Source: Octopus vulgaris
Taxonomy: Eukaryota
DNA length: 64,000 bases
NCBI GenBank assembly: GCA_951406725.2
Contig: OX597836.1
Location: 3,100,001 to 3,164,000, forward strand
Direction of reading: 5' to 3'
Shown here: in pieces, positions 28,948-41,839 of the stretch
How positions within the stretch are numbered: position 1 is the stretch's first letter
Layout: every line of letters starts with the position of its first letter
Position numbers and translations under genes: made by a program
The notes under the pieces: model-generated
Seen by the model: the letters and a program-made list of their open reading frames with translations, nothing else
What the model was told of the DNA's origin: nothing
Database searches by the model: none

Positions 28948-29557
28948 CACACATGCATCTTGACAGATATATATAAACATTTGTTCATATCTTAATAGTC
29001 ATATGTTAATATCATAAAATCCACGTCACAACAACAAAATTACTCATAGACATACAACATCGTATTTCCTCTGTGCGTTTGCCAAACGAAATTAGATTAT
29101 TTGCGTACAGAATATTCACATGCTTCTCTCTCGCACCGTCTTCCTCTCCTTCGCACCACCTCTTACTTCCCCTCTCCTCCTTCTTCTCTCTCATTTCACC
29201 TTCCTTTTTTGCTTCTCTCTTCTCATTCCTCTCCATCTCTAACTTTCAATATGGACGAAGACGCATTCGTAATCCAGTTACTCAAATAACGAAACACTTT
29301 TCCTTCGCTAGACAATCGGTTACAATATTTTTCTCTTTACTTATGCTATTATATAATTAATTTTCGTTCGAGATTTATTTATTTATCTATTTATATTCTA
29401 TTGTTCTTATGTTGCTTTATTTGTGTACTAATAATTTTGGTGGGATTTAGCAATTAACTTAAGAGCTGTTATTATAAAATTCATACCGTTAACAGCTAAA
29501 ATGTTAAGGCGATTTTCTTCACCTCTCACTACTTCTCTTTGTCTCTCTCTCTCTCTT

Positions 29558-29605
<48 letters not shown>

Positions 29606-29790
29606 CACACACACACACAGTCGATTACTCAAAACTTGGATGTATCACTTTCACTTTCAAACAAATGGTTTCTTTCAGACTCTCCATCTGCCTCTCAGAG
29701 TATCTTACACACTCTTAGACTTTCTCACTCTCACCCTTCCTCTTTCTCTGTCTTTCTCTCTCTCTCATTCTCAGTAGGGCGTACGTATTT

Positions 29791-29847
<57 letters not shown>

Positions 29848-29891
29848 GGGGGGTGTACGTGTACAGTTCTATATATAAGAGATGAGGAATT

Positions 29892-30260
29892 ATGTACATT
29901 ATTTAAATTTGACGGACATTTGCCCTCATCTTGCTTGTTGTTAACACAAGGTTTCGGCTGATATACTCTCCAGCCTTAATCAGGTGTCTTGGGGAAATTT
30001 AGACCCTGGGTTCTCATTCCTAAGGTATATTTCCATGTTGTTATTATTATTACTGTTATGATTATTATTATTTATTTATTTATTCACTTATTCATGTATT
30101 TGTTTTTTTTATTCAGATCACTACCTGGAATCGAGATCGAAACATTGGGTTAGTATCCAGCGCTATTACACACTACGCCATTGGCTCGTGGGTATATGGC
30201 GTAGTGGTTAAGAGCACGGGCTACTAACCCCAAGATTCCGAGTTCGATTTCAGGCAGTGA

Positions 30261-30355
<95 letters not shown>

Positions 30356-30466
30356 TCGAAAAAATGCATTAGGAATGAGAACCCAGGTTCGGCGGCAGGG
30401 TATATCAAACGTTGTGCTAAGAAACAAGATGAAGACAAATATGCGTCAAATGTAAATAATATGCGT
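29892..30466. mobile_element. Head-to-head inverted pair of a composite element: tRNA-like head + (TAA)n + hammerhead-bearing tail
   Basis: The arms are imperfect reverse complements about a centre near 30185. tRNA-like heads lie at 30112-30180 (-) and 30190-30262 (+; A-box tggcgtagtgg, B-box gagttcgatttc). The tail taggaatgagaacccagg...aagatga..caaat..cgtcaaat.taaataat is shared. Confidence 0.85.
29943..29988 (-). ncRNA. Degenerate minimal type I hammerhead ribozyme motif
   Basis: gacac-CTGATTA-a-GGCTG-gagagtatat-CAGCC-GAAA-CCTT-gtgtt. Helices I and II pair; the core has substitutions relative to CUGANGA and to the GAAACGUU suggested by the sister arm (aaacgttgtg at 30407-30416). Confidence 0.6.
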
Positions 30467-30517
30467 GTGTGTATATATAAATGTATTCATATATACACAC
30501 GCGCACCTACATAGACA

Positions 30518-30810
30518 TACGAGGTCTGATCAATAAGTATCCGAACTGCTGTCATAGTAACGAAACTAAAGCACGCAGAGTGAAAACGCTGGCAGGATCG
30601 ACCTTGATCTCTGATGTACATGTGCTTGAGGATCACACTACACACTTTCCTTCCTAGCACTGCTGTACGCAGCGGTAGTGATCCAGAACATTAACACTTA
30701 GTGCGCATGCACAGCAGTGTTGAAGATCAATCCGTGCCAAGTGGCTTCAGTCTGCATGTTTTAATTTCGTTACTACGGCAACAATTCCGGGTAGCTATTG
30801 ATCAGACGAC
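30518..30810. mobile_element. Mariner-type MITE with long imperfect inverted repeats
   Basis: Left end TA-CGAGGtctgatcaataagtatccg. The right arm ...tttcgttacta..caattccgg..tattgatcagac is its imperfect reverse complement over roughly 100 bp; the extreme right terminus is decayed. Confidence 0.75.
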
Positions 30811-30956
30811 AGCGGGGAGAAACACTGAGAATAACTACAAAGTCATCCCAGGAATATGAGATGAGCCAATAAAATACTTCCTCACCGCTCAACCGCCATT
30901 CCGTTACTACGCAGTATTACTAAGATACAAGATTTTCATTTTTATTTTATCATAAA

Positions 30957-31205
30957 TCTTTTATTTGTTTCAATCTTTAGATCGCGGCCATGCGGGAGCG
31001 CCGCCTTGAAGGATTCTAGGGTTTGGAATTGACCTAAGTACTTTAGACCCTGGTACTTATTCTATCGTCCCCTTGCCCAATCGCTAAGTTATGGGGACGC
31101 AGACAAACTAACACCGGCCATCAAGTGGAGGTTGCAGACCAAGTCAAACAAATAGACAGTCAAAAACGTGCATAATATATGTTTGTGTGTGTGTATATAT
31201 ATTTA

Positions 31206-31254
<49 letters not shown>

Positions 31255-31527
31255 TTGTGTGTTTGTATATATATATTTGTGTATATATATATATATATAT
31301 TTGTGTGTGTTTATATGTATATGTTTACATGTGCATGTTTGTGATTGTCTATTTGTCTGTCACAAATAGGAGAGGCTATTTTAGATTTCCGTCTACCAAA
31401 TCCATTCATCATAGACTTTGCTTGGCCAGTGGCTATAGCAGAAGACACTTGCCCAATATACCATGCAGTAGGACTAAACCCGTAACCGTTTGGTTGGAAA
31501 GGAAGCATATTTACCCAGAGCCACATT
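30957..31527 (-). mobile_element. Bipartite SINE family B: CORE-like head (31527-31370), internal microsatellite, tail (31140-30957)
   Basis: The head matches 18343-18500 in reverse and the tail matches 61015-61198 in reverse; same order and orientation as 60541-61198. Confidence 0.75.
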
Positions 31528-32219
31528 TGTACCTATTGTACAACAAAACGACATGGGATAGTGGACGGCCGGAGGCAAAAGGGCAACCGCCTAGAATACG
31601 CCCAGTCGTACGATATTTATGGTTAGTAAATTTGAACGTTTATTCAACATCATTTCTGATTCTACATTTGAACTCATATTACCGAACAACGAAGCAAAAA
31701 AATCTTGCAATATAATTCAGACATTCAGGAAACCCGATTCAGGAAACAATTCATCTTAATTTTAATTCTTTCTTTTAATTCTTCGTCACACACCTACAGA
31801 CTTACGCACACAAATTCACACCAACACACAGACGCACACACACAAACAAGATACGTGCTACATTGGCCTGAATAATTTAGTGATAGGAAAAACTTGGTAA
31901 GATAAAAAGAGAAGATGAAGAGGTGAAAAAACCAACAATACTATAAAATTCGAAGAACATATTTATATCAGCAAAACAAACAACTGAAAACCAAAAGACA
32001 AAAAAAAAGGGAAGAAGGAGCAAGGGAGAGAAGTAGTATGAATGGGTGAGAACTTGGGAGAGAGAGAGGGAGAGAAAGTATGATAGGGAAAGAGAAAGAG
32101 AGAGGGATTGAGTGCAAATAACACAACGTTTATCAAATAGAAAATATAAATGTATTTACTGGTATTTATCTATCGTTTGTTTCTAAACAAGCAAGCCAGC
32201 AAACAAACATATAATAAGA

Positions 32220-32272
<53 letters not shown>

Positions 32273-33894
32273 AAGACAAGGGGAAAAGAATAAAAACAAA
32301 AGATACGAACTTGCACACACACACATATATGTCCGTACGTATATAACTACATATATGTGTATATGTTTGATCACATTTATATATGTGCATATATATATAT
32401 ATATATATGCGTATATATAAAATATATATATATGCGTATAATAAACTTGTGTATAAGCATTTTCATAAAAATACTTATAAAGATATATATATAAATAAAC
32501 ATACACACACACATACATACACACATACATACATATATATACGCATATACACACATGCATATATTCATGTATGTATAAATATATAAGTGTGTCTGGGTAT
32601 ATGTCTATGAGTGTGTATAAAATACTTATTCACATATACAAACAGGAACGGACGCACACGCATTTATATGATGAGAGGAAGGTTACTTACATACAACTAC
32701 AATATCAGAAACAACAACAATAGCAGCTGGAAGTGATAGAAACGGAAATAATGCAAAACAATAAAAAACAGTCACAAAAATATATAATAACTAAAATATC
32801 GATATAAAAAATGTCTCAAAGACCGATAATAAAATAAAATAAATGTTTTACTGATATAAGTAAAATTGCCGCCAAAATAATAAAAAATAAATTTATTACT
32901 TCAACAAATAGTATTTTCTTTTTTATCTCCTGTATTTTATTATCAACTAACTGAAACCGGAATGGTGAATGGCCGGCGGTTGTTGGGCCATATGTGTGTG
33001 TATGTATATATATATATGTATGTGTGTGCGTGTACGCCTGTGAGAAGGAGTGAGATTATGTGTGTGTGTGTGTTTGCAAATATATATAGATATATATATA
33101 CATATATTCAAATATATATATGTATATACATTCGTCTCTGTCTTTCTCTATATATTAATATGTATATGCATATATATTATATATATATAGATATACATAT
33201 ATATATATATACATAATATACTCACACATTTGTCAATATACATAATATAAATGTAAAAATAAATATATATACATATATGATTCTATATATATATATATAT
33301 GTATAAATGCATCTATATATATATATATAGATTCATACACACATACATATACTTATAATTATATATATTATTATTATTAAATGTGTATCCGTGTGTTCGT
33401 GTATAAATGTGTATCTATATATGTGTGTGTGTGTGTTTGTATATGTGTATTTGTGCATCTCCGCAGTCTTCTAACCTTTCCTCTTAGAATAAAAAAAATA
33501 ATCAATGAAAACACCTAATAAAAAAGAATTTCAAAGTAAAATCGAAAAATACAAAAAAAATTCTCAAAATGGTTAAATACCAAATCAAAATTTGAATATT
33601 CAAGAAAATATAAAGGAGTAATTTATGTCTTTTCATTGAAATAATTAGTACGATTCCAGCCTTTCGTTCTTAGGAATGGTAAAGCAACCTTACAAAAGAA
33701 GGAAGCATCTCTTGAACTTCGTAATAATAAAACATTACAAGCTGTCTGTGCCACTAGCTCCATCTCTGAAGCAGTTTAGCTATCTTTGTATCTAACTATC
33801 GATCTCTTTGTATAATATATATTTGTGTGTATATCTCAACTCTCTCTTTCTCTCAGTCTCTCTCTCTCTATATATATATATGTATGTGTGTGTA

Positions 33895-34609
33895 TTAATT
33901 TAAATAATAAGGGTAAAAGTTGATATTAATTAAATTAATATCAATTTAAACTAGTGACCTACCTTTTTGGAAAAATATGAAGATTCAGAAAAATATATTA
34001 CATATTTGAGGAATGACCACTAGAGGAATCCACCTAGTGGACATTCCTGTCATATATATATATATATACACACAAATAAGAAAATTGAGGAATAAATTTA
34101 GTTTGTTCATCAACTTTCGGATATTAGAATGTTGAATTATTTATTCATTTAACAAAATGAGAACCTTAATAGCATACATATATATCTTATAATTCAATAC
34201 ATTTAAGATAACAATACAAATTATAAAAATCATAATAAATTATTCAAATCATTAAAATCACTTCTTACAGCTGTTTCAACCTATGGTTAAAATTAGTTCG
34301 TTTTATTTTTATTCCCTATAGTTACCAATATATTGAGGTTGTAGGCATTTAAAAATTGGGTACTTATATATATAACCATAGGCCTCGTCTGAGGTTATAA
34401 GAAACTTTAAAAACATTAATATTAATACATGAAACATGGTACACGTATTATTTACTATATATAAAAAGCATGAACAAATATCCATATAAACTTATATATA
34501 TACATATAGACACATATACATACATAAGTAGAGTGTATATACTTTTACATGTGTAAAAATATATAAATGAGCACAACTACACATTAGGTCAATGTAAATA
34601 TACCAATCG

Positions 34610-34610
<1 letters not shown>
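33895..34610 (-). mobile_element. AT-rich interspersed element(s) between TA tracts with a hammerhead-like motif; Penelope-type remnant suspected
   Basis: Minus 34264-34393 reads CAGACGA-GGCCTATGGTTA..(long loop)..TAACCATAGGTT-GAAA-CAGCTG-TA. A hairpin ggaatgaccactag..ctagtggacattcc lies at ~34010-34047. Confidence 0.5.
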
Positions 34611-34662
<52 letters not shown>

Positions 34663-35323
34663 AACGAAATTAAAGGATGGGATTTATAAATATGTAATAC
34701 ACCACTCTACGCGTTTCTACAAATCACATGATACCGACGTCAGAGTCGGTATACTCGGAATTAATACAGTGTAATCCGTGGGTATCTGGTTGATCACCAT
34801 CATTCATTCCTTTCATCAGATGATACTGCATAAGTTGATGAACCACAGATGGATGGCTCTCTGTGCCTGTATGAAGGAAAATCTAGCCCTGTTACATTTA
34901 TCCTACATTATATCTGTATAACCATGATGCAACCCCGAAAAAACTGACTTACTACTGAATATCATTAGACGGTAGCATCGAATCTTTATTTGCATACCCT
35001 TAACGATACCTTAAAATTTTTTTTAAGATATGTGTGTGTGGGGAGGGTAGTTTGTCTCCCACAACCGCTTGCCAACCGGTGCTTGTATGTTTACATCTCC
35101 GTAAATTAGCAGATCAGCAAAAAGTGAGGGATAGAACAATTACAAGGCTTAAAAAGCAAAACATATGTAGTTGAACGGTAAGGGATTTGTTTCAAAAACA
35201 CACTGTTCATTCCTAGTACCTGGGACCTTCGGCAAGTGCCTTCTTCTATAACCTCGGGGAGATGGAAGATTTTTGAGCGGATTTGGTATACAGGAACAGA
35301 AAAAGGCCACGATTTTCTATACG

Positions 35324-35371
<48 letters not shown>

Positions 35372-35687
35372 AACTGAAATGAATATACCCATACCCGTCC
35401 TTACTTAATTACATAGCATATTCATGCATATACGACGCACACCCATATGTACATCTTTACGTCAATGTCGTCATTTCACTCTCTGTATATTCTATATCTG
35501 ATTCATTCCAGCCAAATTTCTAAAAGATGAGACAGGAATCAATTATATTAATGGAGTTGGAAAGATTTTATAGATCTGCTATGGTTATCATCAAGTAGGA
35601 TATTTTTTTTCTCTATTATAGAATTTCTAAATACACGTTCAATCAGTTTTATACACATTTATTCACGCACACCGATATGTGTATTTA

Positions 35688-35747
<60 letters not shown>

Positions 35748-36116
35748 GATATATGTATATAGTATATGCATATATATATGTATATATGTATCAACATTTC
35801 AATATATATGCATACATATATATTGTCTACGCATTTCATTACATACCTTTCATCTTCTCATATAGTCAGCATCAGAGATTAATCTCAATGCGTATATATC
35901 TAATCATTTTATGCAGTATACACATCCATATATATGTGCACGCGTTTGTGTGTGTGGATATATATTTATATGTGTACATACAAAAAACACAGCACACATA
36001 CATATGCATATACATATATTTATATATATATATATATATGCACGTACATAAAAATACACACACACATACTCACACACACACACACACATATATATATTTA
36101 AGTATGTATATATATT

Positions 36117-36185
<69 letters not shown>

Positions 36186-37024
36186 TGAGAGATTCTGTTC
36201 ATATATACATATATGTATATGTAAGCGTATGTATGTACATTCATATATAAACATGGTCAAAATCACTGACTTGGCGCATATGATTCCGGACAGAAATCTT
36301 ATATTTAATATTTTCTCTTAAGAACCTTCATAATCATCGTAGTACCTTGTTGATGACGTCGTAATTCACACACACACATACACACACACACACACCTCTA
36401 ACAACAACATGTTCCTCCACGTGACGAATTCTGACTGATCTTAACTAGACCAGCAATTGCATATCAATATGACTGGCATTGATGTCCCAGAAGTACTGAA
36501 AGTCATGCAATAATTCTTCTGCTAACTCATTGTGGCAATCGGAGTTCCTAGGTGCAGCCTGTTTTCTATTACATTGTTGAAGTCTGTAGAATTTTTTTCT
36601 TTCTTTTGTGAAACAGCGTTATGGTCTGCTGCGCATTTCACCGTTTTTGGATCCACAAACTAGTGGAACACTCACTTTTGGGGCTTTTCTTATACAATTT
36701 ATTTTGTTTGGTAATAATATAAAGAGTTTATGATGAGAGCATAATATTATATAGATTAAAAACACAAACACACACACTTATGTCTTCTTTATTTTTCCCT
36801 TTGTAGTTGGCTTTCACGATCTCGTATAGTTCCGGCCTTACACAATACAAATATACACACAGAAGACACACAGACACACGCACGCACACAGACATATGTA
36901 TAAACCCATAATATATGTATGTGTGTGCATGTGTGTATGCAAATGTGTGTGTATATATATATATATATACATATACATATACATATGTGCACACAAATAT
37001 ATGCATATATGTATATCTATCTAA

Positions 37025-37061
<37 letters not shown>

Positions 37062-37094
37062 ACATTTATTGTTTATTGACTATCATACAGTTTC

Positions 37095-37330
37095 GATGAG
37101 TGAGGGAAAAAATTAGTGACATTTTATGCTAGATGTAAAAAAAATTTTTGAAACGAAGCGGCAAAGGAAATTAAACGTGGAAAGCTCAAGAGCTGTCAGC
37201 GAACGTGTGTGCATTTGACTGGTTCAGACATTTCAAGGAAGTTAACCCCGAGACACCAGCTTCAAAGACGAATCTATTTCAGAGAAAATATCGGTTGCGG
37301 AAAACGAGGCATTGCTTGAGATAGTTGTAC
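37095..37330 (+). pseudogene. Highly decayed mariner transposase N-terminal (HTH) remnant
   Basis: Fragments AVSERVC, WFRHFKE and SFKDE...ENEALLEIV resemble the mariner 'SERT..WF.RF..G..SLED..RSGRP' region; multiple frameshifts. Confidence 0.45.
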
Positions 37331-38069
37331 ATAAATACCAAAATTGGATTGGCTACCAAAGTATCGTCGTAGCGTCATCATTGACTAGTTTCATGGTACA
37401 TGGCGTTAACCCGAGTTGTAGATTTATTCAGTGTGGGACTGTAGAGCTTTAGGTATTATTATCTGCTGGTTTCCTACCGAAATCTCCAAAATGTGGATAC
37501 TTTTGTATCACTTCAACTTAAGTTTAGTAAATCAAAATTAGTTTGCTTATCATTGGAGCAAATGATCAGAGAATAAATCATTTTATTTATCATCGCTGGA
37601 TTTTCGAATTGCTTATTTCTCTGCTATATTTGTTAGGTTGATAAATACCTGGGTATTAATACTACACATTCTCAAAGTGAATTTGCATATTTTCTTTTGT
37701 ATTTCGCCTCACGCTTGATCGATCGTTTTGTGGAGCTTTCAACGCAGACCTGTCGCAATCATGTACACACAGCGACATATATTCTATCACACATGCATAT
37801 ATGTGCGTGCGTGTATATGTGAGTGTGTTTATTTATATAAACACATATATCTATGCGTGTATGTATGAATAAATGAATATATAATGGTGTGTATGCATTT
37901 ACTTTTTCGATCTTCGACGAATGACGACAAATTTAATACATTAATAACGAAATTCAATTAAATATTTCGCTTTATTGGCTTCTGTTTGTCACCAATTTTT
38001 TCCAAGAACACGTCTTTAATGTAATTTCAGTTGTTTTCGATTTATATTATTTTCTTATGGGAATATATT

Positions 38070-38119
<50 letters not shown>

Positions 38120-38460
38120 AACACACATATATATACATATATATATATATTTATTTATATGCACCTCTCTATTTCTTTTGTTCCTCATGCACACACATAT
38201 ATGTATATTTATAACGTGTGTGTTTAAATACATACATACATAAATGTGTGGGTGTGTACATAAAATAGATGCTTTCTAATTAAAAATAAGAGCTCAAAAG
38301 CACAAATATGCAAATTAGTCCACCCATTAAAGTGCGTGCGTAATTCATGACTGCTTTATATAGGTCTTGATATATAGCATTGTCTGGGATAGGAAGTCGT
38401 CCGCAAACTGAACCAGCAATGGGTCCCATGAAGTGTATATGAAGACAGAAATGTACATCC

Positions 38461-38833
38461 TTTACCTGTTTCATTTATTACCCTGCGGTACCGCCTTCGG
38501 TTTTTAGTCGAAGGAAAGGAAACCAGGACTTATTAATTTAACCTGGTACTTATATTATCCCTTTTGCTGTCCCGCTAATCTTACGGTGACATAAACACAG
38601 GAACAAGGGATGATGTGGTGGAGACACACACAGACACACACACATAGTTATATGTACATATGTATAGGACGGGCTTCTTTCCGTTTCCGTCGAACGAATT
38701 CACTCACAAGGCTTTGGTCGGTCCGAGGTTATAGTAGTAGACATTTGCCCAAGATGCCACGCTGTGGTATTGAACCTGAAATTATGTGGTTGGGAAGAAT
38801 ACTTCTTACCACACACACAGAGATACTCCTGCG

Positions 38834-38836
<3 letters not shown>
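38461..38836 (-). mobile_element. Bipartite SINE family B copy with short internal CA/TA tract
   Basis: Head 38836-38665 and tail 38625-38461 match the other family B copies. Confidence 0.75.
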
Positions 38837-38895
<59 letters not shown>

Positions 38896-38960
38896 GGTCC
38901 CGGGTTGAGTCGGGGTTAACCACAGTAAATAAGGTACTCAATACATAGCAGAGTAAAGTA

Positions 38961-39073
38961 ATTTATTTTATAGAAGGAGCTTCTACAGGACTAGAACTGT
39001 TTCATTCAGATGAAATCTTCAGGAATCTGAATGAAACAGTTCTAGTCATGTAGAACTCCTTCTATAAAATAAA
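38961..39073. repeat. Near-perfect hairpin (~50 bp arms, ~12 bp loop) within a short element inserted in (TA)n
   Basis: tttattttatagaaggagcttctacaggactagaactgtttcattcagat is mirrored by atctgaatgaaacagttctagtcatgtagaactccttctataaaataaa, with one mismatch and one indel. Confidence 0.92.
38981..39025 (-). ncRNA. Candidate minimal type I hammerhead ribozyme with intact catalytic boxes
   Basis: ttc-CTGAAGA-tttcatctgaat-GAAA-cag-ttctagtc-ctg-TA-gaa: helix I 3 bp, helix III ACAG/CTGT, GUA triplet. Helix II is weak. Confidence 0.5.
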
Positions 39074-39384
39074 AATATATATATATATGTGTGTGCGTGT
39101 GCGTGTGTATGTGTTTGAGTGCGTGTGTGTATGTATATATACGGATAGATTTATTTTTGAAAATTAGCGTTGAATCAAACGAGCCAATAAAACTCCACCG
39201 TTTAGGTTCAACAACATTAACAGGAAATTCACAAGAATTGAGTCCATAATCAGGCTTTTGTTGGGGCCGTAAGGAATGTAAAAATTTGTAGTGAAATTGT
39301 ATTCGGAACCCATTTTTTACAGGCGTTTATTTTTATAATAATAAAACCTTTAAAAATAGTGAAAAGGCTTGAAATAATGAAGGG

Positions 39385-39538
39385 TGGGGGAAAAGCCGAT
39401 CACATCGATTCTAATCATCAAATGATACTTTTCTTGGACGGATGAAAGCCCGAGTCGACCAATACCGAATCGGAACACAGAACGCGAAGACAACCGAAAG
39501 GCCCCGAGGCATTTTGTCCGGCGTGGCACCTCGCCTCC
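39385..39538 (-). mobile_element. Degenerate SINE family A copy
   Basis: gatcacatcga..ggatgaaag..agtcgacc..cagaacg..gcattttgtccggcgt motifs. Confidence 0.6.
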
Positions 39539-39539
39539 T

Positions 39540-39578
<39 letters not shown>

Positions 39579-40429
39579 CAGTAGCAGTGGCAGCAGCAAT
39601 AGTAGTAGTAGTAAGAAGGGGAAGGAGTGGAAGAGGAAGAAAAGAAATAAGTAGAAGAGGAGGAAGAAAATAAAGAAGTAGAAGTGGAAGAAGAAGAGAA
39701 AGAGAAAGAAAAAGAGGAAGGAGAAAGAAGAGGAAGTAGGGAAAAAGAAGAAAAAAGAAGAACAACAACAACGACCAGATTCTCAGCATTATCTCCAAGA
39801 TGTTCTCGTAACAAAAGAAACTTGTCGACAGCTAATACCTGTCATGATAATTGCCAACGATATTCACACATCACGTGATGTATATTTTGCTCGAAACTTA
39901 CCAAGAACGATCTGAAGAGAACAATGGCAGAGTTCTTCTTTTGTACAAGTTCTGTTACATCACAGTAAAAGTACAGAACGCTGTGCTAAACAAGCCATTT
40001 TGGAGTCAGCAACTGCTGCTCAGCTGCGCTTACGGACCGCCAGAACTCTTTGCGCATGCGTTCATATATTGCTTTGTATAAGTATATGTGTGACTATTTG
40101 AATGTATGCATGTAGCTATAGACATGTTTCTCTTCGTCTGTGTGTCGGTGTGAGCGTGCGTGCGCGTGGCAGTGTGTGTATATAGATATATATATGTGTG
40201 TGTGTGTATAAATATATATATACGCACGCACACACACAAACACACAAACACACATATATACATATATGTGTGGGTAAGTGTATGTATGTGCATGTGTATA
40301 CACGTGTATATATATATATGTGTGTGTTTGTGTGTATGTGCAGATATATATACATATATGTAAATATATAAGTATATATATTTGTACATTTATGTAGATA
40401 TATATATATATATTTGCATATATATACAA

Positions 40430-40477
<48 letters not shown>

Positions 40478-41238
40478 ATATATGTGTATGTATGTATCTA
40501 TATATGTACATGGTTGTCTGTGTGATTGTGTTATATACATATGTTTATGTGCATATATGTGTGTTTGTGTCGTGTCTGTATGGATGAGAATGGATAGACA
40601 GTCAGACAGACAGACAGACAGACTGACAGATACACAAGTTGATATGCTTGTCTGTGTGGATTGCATTTTTATAGGTTATATATGAGAGTATATATAGTTG
40701 TGTATGAGAGTGCGTACTTAACACTACCTGTATGAATGTAAATACGTATAACATATGCCTATATATACACATACACCCATATATGTGTATTCATATGTAG
40801 TGTACATACATATATACATACATATATATATACACATATTGCCTGCGTATGTACATATACACAGGCAGATGTATATATGTGAAATCAATGACAGTAGACG
40901 TAAGAGCGTAGATGTATGATTGATATAGGGACAAAGTATATAGCATATATGGAACAGCTTTACTTGAAGAAAAATGGTTCTGGAACCCATTATTCAGTTG
41001 TTTTGCTTCAGATAAATGAGATATTGCTTACCATTATGACATAAATGTCTGTTTGAGTGGAATCGAAGTAAAAGACGAATGTTGGAACACACGGGGAACA
41101 ATAACATACTGTTAATGTCAAAAAAAAGAAAGGGGAAAAAAGCCTTAAGAATTATTTCCACCAAAATGTATAGTCACAGGCTGGCATAGAATAGTGTATA
41201 TGTATGAATGGATGCAGCTCTAGCAAGCACCAGCAGCG

Positions 41239-41269
<31 letters not shown>

Positions 41270-41319
41270 CAGTAGTAGCAGCAGAAGCAGCTCCAGTGTT
41301 TATTATTATTATTGTTATG

Positions 41320-41355
<36 letters not shown>

Positions 41356-41358
<3 letters not shown>

Positions 41359-41463
41359 TAGTTTTATTTTTATAGCGTGCTTTCACTTCCCTACCGAGCG
41401 CAGCTCTGTGTGCCTTAGGTATGTGCTGTGATTTGTTGTGATGCTCTGATGGTTATTGTATGG

Positions 41464-41470
<7 letters not shown>
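41356..41470 (-). mobile_element. ~115 bp non-coding insert flanked by (TAA)n; possible extreme 3' end of a TAA-associated LINE
   Basis: Complex sequence precisely bounded by ATT repeats on both sides, adjacent to two Dong-like 3' ends. Confidence 0.5.
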
Positions 41471-41506
<36 letters not shown>

Positions 41507-41508
<2 letters not shown>

Positions 41509-41775
41509 GAAAACTCACAGCTTATTTTAGTGGGTATGATGGAAAGTGCCAGCTGTCCACATCCCGCAAGCTAAGGTGAGACTTGTTTACTGGTCATGTT
41601 TCAAGAACCCTGCGAAGAATTCTTGAAGTTCTGAGCAATGCTGATTTTTGTACTTGTTCTACTTTTACACTTGCACCGATGTTTTTTTAGCTGAGTTTTG
41701 ATACTTCTAAGTGCACCAATTACTATTGGTAGCACGTCTACTCACTTCATTGGCCAGAACCTTCGCATTTCCCGC

Positions 41776-41777
<2 letters not shown>
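41507..41777 (-). mobile_element. 5'-truncated R4/Dong-like LINE 3' end flanked by (TAA)n
   Basis: Minus frames KREMRRFWPMK*VDVLPIVIGALRSI and VEQVQKSALLRTSRILRRVLET*, then a ~90 bp 3' UTR and TAA repeats. Confidence 0.85.
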
Positions 41778-41838
<61 letters not shown>

Positions 41839-41839
41839 T

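Noticed and set aside
30190-30262. Possible real tRNA gene (anticodon loop CT-ACT-AA)
   Set aside because: The acceptor and T stems pair poorly, there is no poly-T terminator, and it is one arm of a repeat palindrome. Treated as a SINE-like head.
36400-36660. Possible transposase remnant (minus-strand ELAEELLHDFQ)
   Set aside because: Too short and ambiguous to assign.
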